Below are positions 52,531 to 64,000 of a stretch of DNA of 64,000 bases, one piece after another. The notes beneath the pieces were generated by a model that was not told the DNA's origin, made no database searches, and was given only the letters and a program-made list of their open reading frames with translations. This DNA is from Lama glama (lineage: Eukaryota): contig CM052817.1 of assembly GCA_028534125.1 (NCBI GenBank), forward strand, positions 55,554,001 to 55,618,000, in the 5' to 3' direction. Within the stretch, counting starts at the first letter, position 1; each line of letters starts with the position of its first letter. A program made the position numbers and the translations under genes.

Positions 52531-53869
52531 GGTAGAGAGAGAAAGGACTAGTGTGAGGTTGGCTTAGAGATGTTTGCCATGATTACAGGTGTGAAGGTAT
52601 ACTAGGTTCATTTAAAGGGTAAACAATGAAGCAGGTAGACCAGCTATTTGGATTTAGTTTGTAAAAATGCTTGAACAGCATACTACTTTGGAATTCATTA
52701 TGTTTCTCTTCTCTAGTATCTCCATAACTCCTTCTTTAATAAGAAAGAATGGTCTAATAATTAGAGTTCTTAAAATGCATTTGCCACCATAAGGGTTCAT
52801 GATGACTACATTGTTGAACATGCTCCTGCAGAATCTGAAAGTCTGTCAAGGGTTGCTTTAGAGTAGAGTCTTACATTGACTGAGAGATTCTTAAGTGTAA
52901 CCACTAAGTCAGAGATTCTAAGATCCATGCTTATCCAAGGTCCTTACTGTCTCTCAAACAAATAGATACGCCTCTAATTAAATATATGGCCAATTATATC
53001 ACAAGTCTTAAAAAATCTTGTCTTGTGTTGTAATAAGCATGCTCTATGGGATTTTACATAAAATTTAGAATAAAAATCACCTACTCAGATACCCTCCCAA
53101 CCTTCAATGTATTTTCACTTTGCTTAAAGGAACCTTTGCTTAATAAAAGAATAATTATATTGAACTTCAATTAGGTGTATGTGAAAGAGATGTGAGAGGT
53201 TGGCTGCATTGTGCTTTCTCATTTCTAATCCAGCCAGCCACTAGTGATTGTTAAAAGTTGGTGTATAAGTTGAAAACTTCTTTTCATCTCTAGTTGTCAA
53301 TGTGCCTTGATATCTGTTTTCAAAACATTGTCGTTCACTGAGATAGCACCGGGATAAAGGAAGCATAAATTTAGGTTTGTCTGTTGGACAATAAGCAGAC
53401 TTATATTAGGGGGAGTTAGATATTGAGTTTTGAGTTTACTATGCTGGGGTGTTTTTATTTTGTTTTGGATTTGAATTTTTTCCATAGGAAATTATAAACA
53501 GTCTTGGGGAATTTTGGAAAGATTTTAGATGGAGTCATAGATTTGCAATGAATCTTAGTTATCATCTAGGCAGAGACTAGAAGTGAGTTTTCCCAGGAAA
53601 AAAAAATGCAGAAAGAGTTGAGACCCTGGGAGGGAACATAAGCTCTAGGGCATGGTGGGGAAAGGGACTAGCTTAACTAGGGTCCTCCCTCAGCTGGAGA
53701 AGCAGACACATGACTTAGTTATACCATGGAATCCTGGGAGTTAGAGGAGGAAGGTATTTGTCCCATGTCTGGTCAGAGACTTATGGGATTTGAGGTTAAG
53801 CAGATTCAGGTTAAATGCTAGTTTCACCATTCCAATGTACTCAGTTTTAGATGACTTACTCATGTCAAT

Positions 53870-54510
53870 CTACTGCTCCCAACTGAGCAATTATCAGTTC
53901 TTCTCAAATGGTTTTCTCCCATCCTTGCCACTTTTCAAGCACGCTATCTGTTTTCCACACAGGAACTAACAGAATATTTTAAAATGTAACTTAGATTCTG
54001 TTATTAATCTTTCTTAAACACTCTTAATAAGGCCCCAATTCCCTATGTTGTACAAACTCTGCATGATCTGCCTTCTCCCCACTTCCCTACCTCCACACCT
54101 CAATGACCTGTGCCCTACTCATGCTGTATCAGCCACACTGTCCGTCTCTGCTGTTCCTTATGCTGTCCAAATATACACCTGCCTTAGTGCTTTTGCAATT
54201 TGTTTTCTGCCATTAATTCTGCTTCCCAGTTGGCTGCATCTCTCTTCATTTCTATTAGGTTTTGTCTCAAATCATATATATATAATAGACCCATCCATTC
54301 ATCACCCTCTAAAATGTTTATCTGTTTAATTTTTTCAGTTGTGCTTATCTTCACTTGGTGTAGTTCGCATTTACTTTTTTAAGCATTGCCTGTCCTCTCC
54401 CACTAAAATGTAAACTCTTTGAGAGCTTTGACTTTGGTTTATTCATTACTGTATCCTCTGTGTCTAGAACAGATCCTGTAAACACTCAATAAACATTTAT
54501 TGCATGAGTA
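53870..54510 (+). mobile_element. L2 (L2a-like) 3' portion
   Basis: TTCCACACAG…TTTTAAAATGTAACTTAGAT…CCCACTAAAATGTAAACTCTTTGAGAGC…TTATTCATTACTGTATCCTC…CACTCAATAAACATTTATTG. Confidence 0.8.
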
Positions 54511-54760
54511 ATAATGATGATATAGTATTAATCATGTGCCTGACACTGTTCTAAGAGCCATACATATATCAATTCATTTGATCCTCACAATGAAGATTAT
54601 GCTACACATACGTACCCCTGTTATTCCTGCTTAGCAATAAGGACACTGATGCACAAAACAGTGAAGAAATGTGGTCTAAAGCACATGGCTAGTGAGGGGC
54701 TAAGCCAGCGCTATAATCCAGGCAGCCTAGCTCCAGATTTTAAACTTGTTACCAATGTGG
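54511..54760 (-). mobile_element. MIR SINE, followed by (GGAT)n at 54763-54784
   Basis: ATGTGCCTGACACTGTTCTAAG…TTCATTTGATCCTCACAA…AGGACACTGATGCACA…CCAGGCAGCCTAGCTCCAGA. Confidence 0.8.
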
Positions 54761-55024
54761 TAGGATGGATTGATGGATGGATGGCTCTTCCAAAAACAGC
54801 TATATAACATTATATACCCTCTCTAAGCCTCAGTTCCCTTGCCTGTAAAATGGGAATACTTATAAAATTTTCTACTTCGTAATGTTGTAAATGTCAGCTA
54901 TTAAAATTATGATCAACTCATATATTATTAATATAAGCGCATCAATTTACCACAATGAGACCTGTTTCTATCACTTTTACTAAATAACATTAGGCCAAAT
55001 GAATAGTAAGCTTCCCCTGTTGCA

Positions 55025-55770
55025 TCAATAACATAGTTTTAAGAGCATGATCTCTGGAGCCAGAATGTCAGGATTAAAATCCAAGTTCCAGCACAGTGTT
55101 GGCTACTGTTCATTTACAGCTGGACCTGGGAAACTCTAGCTTTACTCTGGGGATGCCTCCATATCTAACTTTGACTATTGGCTAATATAAAGGCAATGGA
55201 ATTAATGATTTACTTTTTAAAGTGTTAAACTCCCTTGGTGACACTCAGAGCTGATTTGTTTATTGGCAATTTTCATCTGACCTAAGTGGTTAGACATCTC
55301 AGCTTGACTAGCTGATCAGAGGGGCATAAAAAGTCCCCACTGGAACTTCTGCCCTGGGCTGTTCTGAAACCAGGATTCAGGACACAGATCTTAATAGTTT
55401 AATGCAGAGACAGCATGCCCATTTGTGCATAAGGACCCTGATAAGATTTTGTCTGGATGTCTCTCACATTCTCACTGCTTGCATGCATACTCTCATTCTG
55501 TACATTTAAATAAACACCTTACTGTGAGTATGCTCTTGGGAGTTTGGTGAGCCCTTTGAAATATACAAATTTATGAAATCTTTGCAACTAATAATTTCCT
55601 GTGTTTTGTTGAACAAGTTAATTTTTCTCCATAGACCTCAGTTCCTTCTCTACAAAATAGGGAAACTAACAGTATCTCACATAAAGGAATTATAAGGGTT
55701 TAATTTAATTATATATTAATTGCTCAGAAAAATATGTGATATATAGTAAGAAATAAGTGTTATTTTTATA
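55025..55770 (+). mobile_element. MIR SINE split by an ERVL-type LTR (MER21/MER68-like, about 55097-55590)
   Basis: MIR head (TTAAGAGCATGATCTCTGGAGCCAGA…AATCCAAGTTCCAGCAC) stops at about 55095, and the MIR core resumes at about 55590 (TGAACAAGTTA…CCTCAGTTCCTTCTCTACAAAATAGGG). The insert starts TGTT and carries CATAAAA and AATAAAC…TGTGAGTAT. Confidence 0.7.
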
Positions 55771-56139
55771 CATGTTGATTTTTTTCAAAGTGATCCTTTT
55801 TATAATGGTTTGAATATGTGCTGAGCATAAAGATTATTTAAGGTCACACTTGTAGTCTAATCTTGACACTTCTAAAAGTACATTTGAATGTCATCATCTG
55901 ATTGCATAGTTTTGTTAAGCTTAAGAATGTGATGAAACCTCACCTATGCATGACCACTATTCTAGACTTATCTACCACAATATATCATATTACCTAGAAG
56001 AAATGGGCAGCATGGAAAATAACCAGTTGCAGAAATGTCAAATGAGGAATGATCTTTTTTGGAAGCAATCTTTTCTTTAAATGTAACAAAAATTAGGAAT
56101 TATAAAATAACAAATTGTTGAACTACCTATTAAAATTTC

Positions 56140-56312
56140 ATTTATCCACATCCTGCCCAGTCACTTACCAGTTATGACTTAGAAGAGTGGATTAACATCT
56201 CTGTGGCTCAATTTTCTCCTTTATAAAAATAGAGGAAATAATGGTGCCAATTTCATAAATTGCTGTGAGAATTTAATGAGATAGTCTATATAAGACACTA
56301 AATGCTAAATAG
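56140..56312 (+). mobile_element. MIR SINE
   Basis: CACTTACCAGTTATGACTTAG…TTAACATCTCTGTGGCTCAATTTTCTCCTTTATAAAAAT…TTGCTGTGAGAATTTAATGAGATA. Confidence 0.8.
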
Positions 56313-56479
56313 ATACCCTTTTTCATTTATAATTGGTAATCTGAGAATTTCAGAAAATAAAATTTTAAATCTGATATTTAATAGGATAAGAAAAATGTTA
56401 TAAGAAAAAACTAGTAATTTTTCTTAAGTTTACTTACTTATTTTAAATACAGATACAATCAGAAAGTACCCACTATATT

Positions 56480-56740
56480 ATTATTCAGTTATTTTCAGTG
56501 CTTATTATGGGTCAGATGGTCTGCTAGATGGTGCAATATAATTTTTGAAAAACAGAGCCACAGTCCCTCTAAGATAGCTTACAATAAACCAGTAACTTAA
56601 AGTGTGATAGATATCATGAGAGGAGAAATGCCATGTAACAGTAGCATATGTAGAAACATATAAACTATCTGAGAGACTTTAGGAAATAAACCCAAAGAAA
56701 AAAATTTTGAGACATGAAGGATAAGTAGAAATTAACCCTG
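56480..56740 (-). mobile_element. L2 LINE 3' fragment
   Basis: AGTGCTTATTATGGGTCAG…CTGCTAGATG…CACAGTCCCT…AGCTTACA…TGAGACATGAAGGATAAGTAGAAATTAACC. Confidence 0.65.
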
Positions 56741-56959
56741 TGACTTATAGACACTAGCATTTATAGATGTCTAGAAATTTAATACAGGTTTATTTTATGG
56801 ATTGAGTGTCTGGAGGATCAATCAATTAAAAACGAAGAGTATCATAGCTCAAAAGAAATAGTTGATAGTGTATAATTAAAATAAATCAATAAATCAAGTT
56901 TTTATGTCATTGAAAAACATGTATAAACATGTTTATATCCCACATTTTATGCTGCTTCC

Positions 56960-58250
56960 TTTACGACTGAAGAACTTCCATTAGAAAGTAATTTAAGCAA
57001 TTCTGCTGGCAATAAAATTTTAGTATTTCTTAATTTGAGGATGTCTTTATTTCTCCTTCATTCCTAAAGGATATCTTCACTAAATATAGAATCACGTGTT
57101 GGGTTGTCCATCTTTCTCTTTCAGCATTTGAAAAATGTTACTTCCTTCCAGCCTCCTGTTTTCTGATGAGAAATACCCTGTTGTTCAAGTTGTTACTACC
57201 CTGTAGATAATGTATCTTTTCTCTCTGGCTGCTTTCAAGATTTTTCTTTATCTTTGATTATAGGAAATTTCACTCTCATGTGTCTGGTTATTGATTTCTT
57301 TGGGTTTATCTTGCTTAGACTTCACTAAGTTTCTTGTATCTGTAAACTTAGGTTTTGAACAAATCTGGGAAGTTTTCAATCATTCTTCAATTTTTTTTCA
57401 TCTGATTGCTTTTCCTTTTTCTCTTTCTGGAACACCAATGACACAAGTATTAGGTCTTTTGTTTTTGCGGTTCCATGAGCCATGTGGAGCATGTTAAACT
57501 CATTTTTTTTTTCAATTTATCTTTACAGTTTAGATTGGATAATTTCTATTGAACTTCAAGTTTATTGATTTTTTTTTCTTTTGTTGTCTCCATTATGCTT
57601 CTGTGCTCCTTCAGTGACGTTTTTGTTTTTGTTTTGTATTTTTCAATTATAAAATGTCCTTCTAAAGATTTAATTTGAAAACATGTATTGTCTATTCCTT
57701 GGCTGAGATTTTTTCTAACATTTAAATGCGAGTGTTAATAACTGCTTATTGAAGCATTTTAAAGAATGTGGTTTTAAAATACTTGTCTAATAATTCCAAC
57801 AGCTGTGCCATACTGGTATTGGCATCTGTAGATTATCTGTTCTCATTTAAATTGAGATTTTCTTGCTTCTAGTTATTATGATTGATTTTGGATTATATCC
57901 TGGCAGTTTAACTGTTGTTATGAGATTCTGGTTCATGTTTAACTCTTCTGGTTTAACAGGCAGTCAACCTGTTTAGGTTCAAAATGCCACTTATTTAGGT
58001 TTTGTGGACTATGTGCACCTGTAAATTTAGTTTTCTAAGTCGTGTTCCACTGTGTGCTAACCAGAAGCCAGTTTGAAACCTGGGCTGTTTTCCATACCAT
58101 CAATTAAAGCACTTATTGTGTTCATTTTGGTTAGTTTTATGCATGGGTCACTTAGAGGTATGTTCAGAATCCTTCCCTCCTCTTGATAATTCTTTACCAA
58201 CTCCCTAGGTGGGAAGAAATGGGTTGACCTCTATCTATGGCTGTCATTTT
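56960..58250 (-). mobile_element. Old L1 ORF1/5' region
   Basis: GTCTTTATTTCTCCTTCATTCCTAAAGGATATCTTCACT…TTTCTGATGAGAAAT…TCTCTGGCTGCTTTCAAGATTTTTCTTTATCTTTG is antisense L1M ORF1. Confidence 0.8.
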
Positions 58251-58324
58251 TTAGTACTTGGAAGAAGTTGTCAACAGGGCTTGTAAACCAATCTCTGCAC
58301 TTAAACAAATAACAACAATAACAA

Positions 58325-58530
58325 TGAGTGCATGTAAAAACTGCTAAACCTAGATAATATCTATAGTTTAACATTGTACTAATGTCAGTTTCCTAGTTTT
58401 TTTAATGTATTGTGGTTATATAAGATGTTATCATTGAAGAAATCTGGGTGGGAGTTATAAGTGAACACTTTGAATCATTTTTTTTAATTTCTAATGAGTC
58501 TGGAAGTTGAAAATAAACATTTTAAAATAA
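58325..58530 (+). mobile_element. Old L1 3' end (L1MC/ME-like)
   Basis: TTGTACTAATGTCAGTTTCCTAG…TATATAAGATGTTATCATTGAAGAAATCTGGGTG. Confidence 0.7.
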
Positions 58531-58779
58531 GTAAGAAATTAGAAAAGATATGTCTGGATATATATATATAATTCTAATGATATATAGAGATCATCTTAAT
58601 ATAATTATATATATTTGTGCAACCAATGATAAGAGGTCAGCAATATACTTATCTGAATGCAACATTTAATATTACAAAAACTAAATCTACTAAAATAATG
58701 TTAATGATGGATAATTCTGGAAGATGGTGTCAGGTAAAGGAAGATTTTCAAGTATAAAGTTAATGTAACCTTTTATTGC

Positions 58780-61700
58780 CTCTTTTATTAAAGTTAGGTT
58801 GAGATGTAATTGAGAAAAATGTTCCTGTTTTTGGTGTACAGTTCTGTGAATTTTGACAAAGGCATAATCATGTAATCAACATCACAATCAAAATACAGAA
58901 TGTTTTCATCACTCTAAAAAATTGCCTCATAACTTTTTGAGGTTAATCCTTTGCCTCCATTCCAACCCTGGGAAGCATTGTTTACTGTCCCATTTATATG
59001 TGTGCTTTCTAGAACATGATCAAAATGCAATCATAGATTATGCAATATTCTGAGCCTGGTTTTGTTCCTATGGCACAATGCATGAATCTTAAATAGATTT
59101 ATCCTCATCATTTGATGTATCAGTAGTTCATTCCTTTTTACTGCTCAGTAGTATTCCATTGTATGGATATGCTGCTTTTTTTCCCATTTACAGTTTACTG
59201 AACAATTTAATTGTTTCATGTTTTTGGTGACTATAAATAATACTTTTATAAAACATTTATATACAAGTTTTTGTTTGAACAGATGATTTCATTTCTCTTG
59301 GGTAATTACCTGGTGGTGAGGTTGCTGAGTTGTAAGGTATGAATGTGTTTTACTATATAAGGAATTGCCAACCTCTTTTGCAAAGTAGTTTTACCGTTTT
59401 GAACTCTCAGCAGCAACACATGAGTGTTCCAGTTGGTCCTTTCAATCCCCTACACTAAAAATTTTCAGCTTTTTTTTTTAACTTTGTAAAACTACTTTAA
59501 CAAGTGTATTACAATAGCTCATTGTGGTTTTAATTTTCATTTCCCTGATGAATGATGCCTAGAATCTTTTCATGTGCTTATTTACCATCAACATATCTTC
59601 TTTGGAGCTATGTCTATTCAGAGTTTCATCCATTTTTATGTTAGGTTGTTCCCTATAATTGAGTTTTGATAATTCTTTATATGCAGAATACCTGTCATTT
59701 ATGTGTGCTATGTATATATGTGCTTTGTAAATATTTCCTCCTACTCTGTGCCTGTTCTTTTCATTCTCTTAACCCTTTCAAATAGCAGAACTTTTAAATT
59801 TTGACTAAGTCGAATTTATATTTCTTTCTATTTTTGTTTCCTGCTTTATGTATATGATCTTAAAAAATCTTTGACTAATGCAACATTGCATTTTCTCCAT
59901 TATTATTCAGAAATGTTGTAATTTTACATTTTACATTAGATTTATGATCCATTCTGAGTTGAGTTATATGGTCCAAGAAAGTACTGTTCTTAGACCTGGG
60001 CAGGTGGGGCTCTTGCTTCACCTGGGGGCTGTCCCACATAGTACCATCCCCTTCTACTTTTTAGGGCTTTCTTCAAAATGGTCAAAGTACCCCTTAGGTG
60101 CCTGAAACAACCCACAGGAGCCTGAATCAGTATTTCTCCCTCCCAACACCTTAACACCTTGATTGGGTCAACCAGATGCCCAGAGGAGCTCTGAGATTTT
60201 TGAGTTACGCATAATGCTGAGCCCAATAAATGAGCTTGACTTCAAGAGGGCAGCTTAGTGAGTGAATCACATTCTCTGATTGGCACAATACTTCTTTCAC
60301 AGGACTGTCTATGAATGATCTGCCAGGGTGTTGCTGACATTTTGATGTGGGCTGTTTCAAATTGCATGTAGGTAGAGGTCCTGACCAAAACAAAAAGTGT
60401 GTTTTCTTTTCTTCGGTGCCCTGCATATACTCATTGCAGCTCTGTACAAGATAAAGGTCAAGACTGATGTTTTTTAACCTGTGCCTGTCTAGTTGTTCTG
60501 GCACTATTGGCTGAAAAGTCTATCAATTTCCATTGAATTACCTTTGTTGAAAATCAATTGAACGAATACCAGTAGGTCTAATTCTTGTCTCTATTCTGTT
60601 TGACTTATTTATGAATTTATCCTTTCATCAATACTATACTGTCTTCATTATTACAACTTTGTTGTATATTCCATCTCTTCTTTTTTTAAAAAAATTGTTT
60701 TTGCTCTTTTGGTTCCTTTGTTTTTCTGCAAAAACTTAAGCTTCAGATTGAAAATTTCTATTTTTAAATTATCAATTAAAACTTTTAAGTCTGCTGGTAT
60801 TTTTATTGCAATTGAATTTTTTATTAAATTAAATTAATTGCATTCAATTTGTAGCTTGATTGGGGAGAACTGACATCTTTACAATGTTGACCAAGGTGAT
60901 CTATGAACAAAGAATTCTGCTGCACTTATTTATGCCATTTTTAATTTAATATAAATGCTTATAATTTCAGTAAAAACGTATGATTATTATTTCATATTTT
61001 TTGAAATTTTATTGTATTTTTAAAATTTTTTAAATTTTTTGTTGTTCTTTGCTAATATAAATAATAATTCTGCAAATTAATCTTAGATCTAATATCCTTG
61101 ATAATCTAACTTATTATCTGAAAGTATTTTTTATAGCTTCTTTAAAATGTTTTACATAGAAAATCATGTCAGTTGTAAATAAAAATATTTTTTCTCTTTT
61201 TGTTCTATATATATTTTATTAATTTTTTCTTACCTTATTGCACTGACTGGAACCTTCAGTACATTACTTACTAAACACCGATATCTTTACTCTTCTCCTA
61301 ATATTAAGGGGAACATATCCAGTATTTCACCATAAGGGTCATGTTACTTACAGTTTCTTCAAGGATGCTCCTTACCTGGTTCAAAAAGTTTACATTAATG
61401 CCTACTCCCCTTACAGATTTTTTAATTGATAAATTGATGTTGCGTTTTGTCAAATGCTTTTTCTGCATCTATTGAGATAATCATACTTTTTTCCTCTTCA
61501 TTCTTTGGGTTCAGAGCTACATTGTTTTTCATATATTGAACAATCTTAAATTTCCAGAATAAACTCCACCTTATCATCATATATTATCTGGCTTTTTTTC
61601 CCAGTGCCCTGCGTATCTTCAGTATCGCCTGGTGCAAGATACAGGTCAAGATTGATATTTATCTGAATTTTATTTACTAATATTTTATGGAAGATTTTTG

Positions 61701-62140
61701 TATTTATATTCATGAAGGTTATTCTACAGTTTTATTGTAATTCATTTGTTTGGTTTAAAATCAGGAGAATTCTTATCTCAAAAAAAAATCAGTTCAGGGA
61801 TGTATTCCTACCTCCTCCACCTTCCAGAAGAGATTATGTAAAATTGGAATGATTTTTCTTTTAAATAGTAAGTAGAATTAATCAGCAAAATTATCTAGGC
61901 CTAGAGATTTCTTTGTGGAAAGGTTTTTAAATATAAATTTAACTCTTTAACAATAAGACAGTTTTGACTATTTTTTTTCTTGAGTTTATGTTGATATCTA
62001 TTTCAAGCAGTTTATACTTCATACACATTGTCAAACATATTGGCATAAATTTGTTTTTATGTTCCCCCTAGTTTTCTTTTATTATCTGTAGAATCCTTAG
62101 TGATGCCCTACATTTCATTCCTAATGTTGGTGATTGGTTT
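58780..62140 (-). mobile_element. Old L1 (L1ME1/MB8-like) 3' UTR and ORF2, interrupted at 59979-60443
   Basis: Antisense 3' UTR (GTGTACAGTTCTGTGAATTTTGACAAA…) continuing into ORF2 (ATTGTGGTTTTAATTTTCATTTCCCTGATG…, TTTTGTCAAATGCTTTTTCTGCATCTATTGAGATAATCATA…). Confidence 0.9.
59979..60443. mobile_element. hAT-Tip100 non-autonomous DNA transposon (Zaphod/MER115-like)
   Basis: GC-richer insert inside the L1. The left end AAGTACTGTTCTTAGACCTGGGCAGGTGGGGCTCTTGC resembles the recalled CAGTACCGTCCCTAGACCTGGGCAAG…GGGGCCCCTGC. 8-bp flanks GTCCAAGA (59971-59978) and GTACAAGA (60444-60451). Confidence 0.55.
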
Positions 62141-62145
62141 CCTTC

Positions 62146-62625
62146 TTTTTTTTTTTTAAATTTTGAAAGTTAGATTTACAGAAGAGTTTTACCGGAGAGT
62201 TCCTGTATACTCTTCACTCATCTTCCTCTAAGGTTAACATTTTACATAGCTATAGCATGATTATCAAAATTAAGACATTGACACTGGAAAATATTATTAC
62301 CTCAAATGTTAACTGTATTTCAGTGTTTCTTTTTCTATTCCAGAATCTAATCCATAATCTCACCAGGCATTTAGTTGTCATGTCTCTTTGGTCTTCTCCC
62401 ATCAATGGCAGTTTCGCAGTCTTTCTTGGTTTTTCATGACCATGGCACATATGAAAATTCTTGGTTGGTTATTTTGTAGAAGTTTCCTAAATTTGATTTG
62501 TGTGTTGTTTCTCATGACTAATTTGAGGTAATGCCTTTTTGACAAGAATATGCAAAAGTGATGTGCCCTTCTCGGTAATTCATATCAGAGATATATATTG
62601 TCAATATGTATAACTAGTGATGTTC
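62146..62625 (-). mobile_element. L1MC4-like 3' end
   Basis: T-tail, then TAGATTTACAGAAGAGTT…GAGAGTTCCTGTATAC…GCATTTAGTTGTCATGTCTCTTTGGTCT…TTATTTTGTAGAA. Confidence 0.85.
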
Positions 62626-62689
62626 AGCCATTTCAACACTTTTGTGCAACAGAGGGTATTTTCTCCATTATCTTTCCCTTCCTTCAGTG

Positions 62690-63400
62690 TCGAAATGTTG
62701 CTTTTTGTTACTTAGTTCTTACCAGAATGGTTTTGGAGGGAGTAGCCTTGTCTCATGAGTAAGGTTTTCTCAGTGTTTCCTCCCCTCTTCCCCATGAGAG
62801 TCAAATTTTGTATCTCTGGTGGGTCTCATGTGGAAGAGAGTTTGTTCCCCTAGAAGAAGGAGATCTCTAGTCATTTTGATATAGGATCCTGAGCTCTGGA
62901 ATGTTTCTTGTCACGCCTCTAAATTTTCTTTCATCCTTCTTCCACTCTCAATCAAGACTTTACTTGCATTTTGTCAACAGCCGAGTTTGTTCCTCTCTTC
63001 CCTGACTAAGGCTTTTTCTCAGTATGAGAGATAAGCCCAAGAAGAGGGTAGAGTTTAGAACAATTCCAACAGCAGCAGTAAATCCCTTCTTACAGGCACC
63101 AAGGGACAGAGGTTCTCTTTGGACTCAACCACTACCGCAGTTTCATTAGATGTAACCATCTAATGAAGATCTGTGAAAAGGAGCCTGCAACTGAGTGTGA
63201 GTTCTCCTATTTTCTGGGGCCCCAGGGGGGTCCTATACCATCACTCCAGACCATACTCACTCTTTTCACAATTCTTTAAAACATTAGCTCTATTCTTCTT
63301 CACTTAATATCAGTCATGTCTTCCTCCTGTGTTCTGCCACACATGAGCCAGTCCCTGGCCTCTCTTCCCTCTCCTTGGAGGAGTCGGTCTCTCTGACTTC
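62690..63400 (-). mobile_element. Old L1 5' UTR-like region
   Basis: GAGCCTGCAACTGAGTGTGAGTTCTCC…GGGGCCCCAGGGG…CAATTCTTTAAAACATTAGCT…TTCTTCTT resembles recalled L1MC/MD 5' ends. Confidence 0.5.
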
Positions 63401-64000
63401 ATAGTTCTAGCCATTTCTCATTTACAGAGTTAGATTTTTCCCTAAATTCAAAAAGGACAGAGTCCTTATTATTTAAAAAAATTTTAAATATGGTTATAAT
63501 TATAAAATACCTAATAGCCTAATTTTGATCATCTTAAAACAAAAATACATAGAATTTTGATGTTTCTATTTTCCCAGAACTTTTGCTAATACAACTAAGA
63601 TACAACAAATCTGTATTTCCAAGAGAAGGAGTTATTGTAAGATAAATTTGCTTAAACCTGTTGGAAGGAATTATCTTTAATCATGATCAGTTATTCCATA
63701 CACCTAGAGCTCAAAGAGCTAAGATTCCTACCATTTCTTTTCCCATTAACCAATACTCCTATGGGAAGAATAAACTGGGTGTGTGTCGATCAGGCTGTTC
63801 TCTTTCTTTTATGATCTTCGTCCCAGTGCAAGTCATGGATTGTCTTCTACTTCTCCATACTACAAATGTCACTAGCTCAGACTACCTACATGGAGACCAA
63901 TTTCTTGACCTGATATTGTCAGTAGTTTAGTAGGTCTAATTCCTTAATCTTTCAGTGCAGTAATGAGGGCCATTTGGGTTTCATGCTAACTACATTCGCT

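Noticed and set aside
58555..58615. AT-rich quasi-palindrome (TATATATAATT…AATTATATATA)
   Set aside because: Self-complementarity is explained by low-complexity TA runs; not a credible miRNA or MITE.
63661..63930. 89-aa ORF at the window end
   Set aside because: Non-ATG start and no host-protein similarity. HGDQFLDLIL weakly recalls a LINE endonuclease motif, but the match is too weak to annotate.

Overview
AT-rich, CpG-poor eutherian genomic DNA that looks intergenic or deep intronic. I found no protein-coding gene, rRNA, tRNA or CRISPR array that I can support. The ORFs in the track are chance ORFs, run through the N gap, or are decayed transposon frames (L1 ORF2 C-terminus, ERVL pol). A large part of the window is recognisable interspersed repeat: L1 fragments of several ages, L2, MIR, MaLR and ERVL LTRs, three ERV1-type LTRs, hAT DNA-transposon relics, and a minus-strand ERVL provirus remnant (RT-RNaseH-integrase-dUTPase plus 3' LTR, about 19.7-22.5 kb). 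The youngest L1 3' UTRs look cetartiodactyl, and I saw no ruminant, pig or whale SINEs, so a camelid is my inferred source. There is a 500-N scaffold gap at 26675-27174. The most unusual structures are (i) a 53-bp copy of a hAT-transposon/host junction re-inserted about 1.2 kb away between short direct repeats, (ii) a twin-primed, 5'-inverted L1 with a 15-bp target-site duplication (TSD), and (iii) a pair of well-formed but non-coding minus-strand exon candidates near 9.2-9.9 kb. Repeat subfamily names are recalled from consensus sequences rather than searched, boundaries are approximate unless a TSD is given, and all need Dfam/RepeatMasker confirmation. I see no convincing novel biological system.
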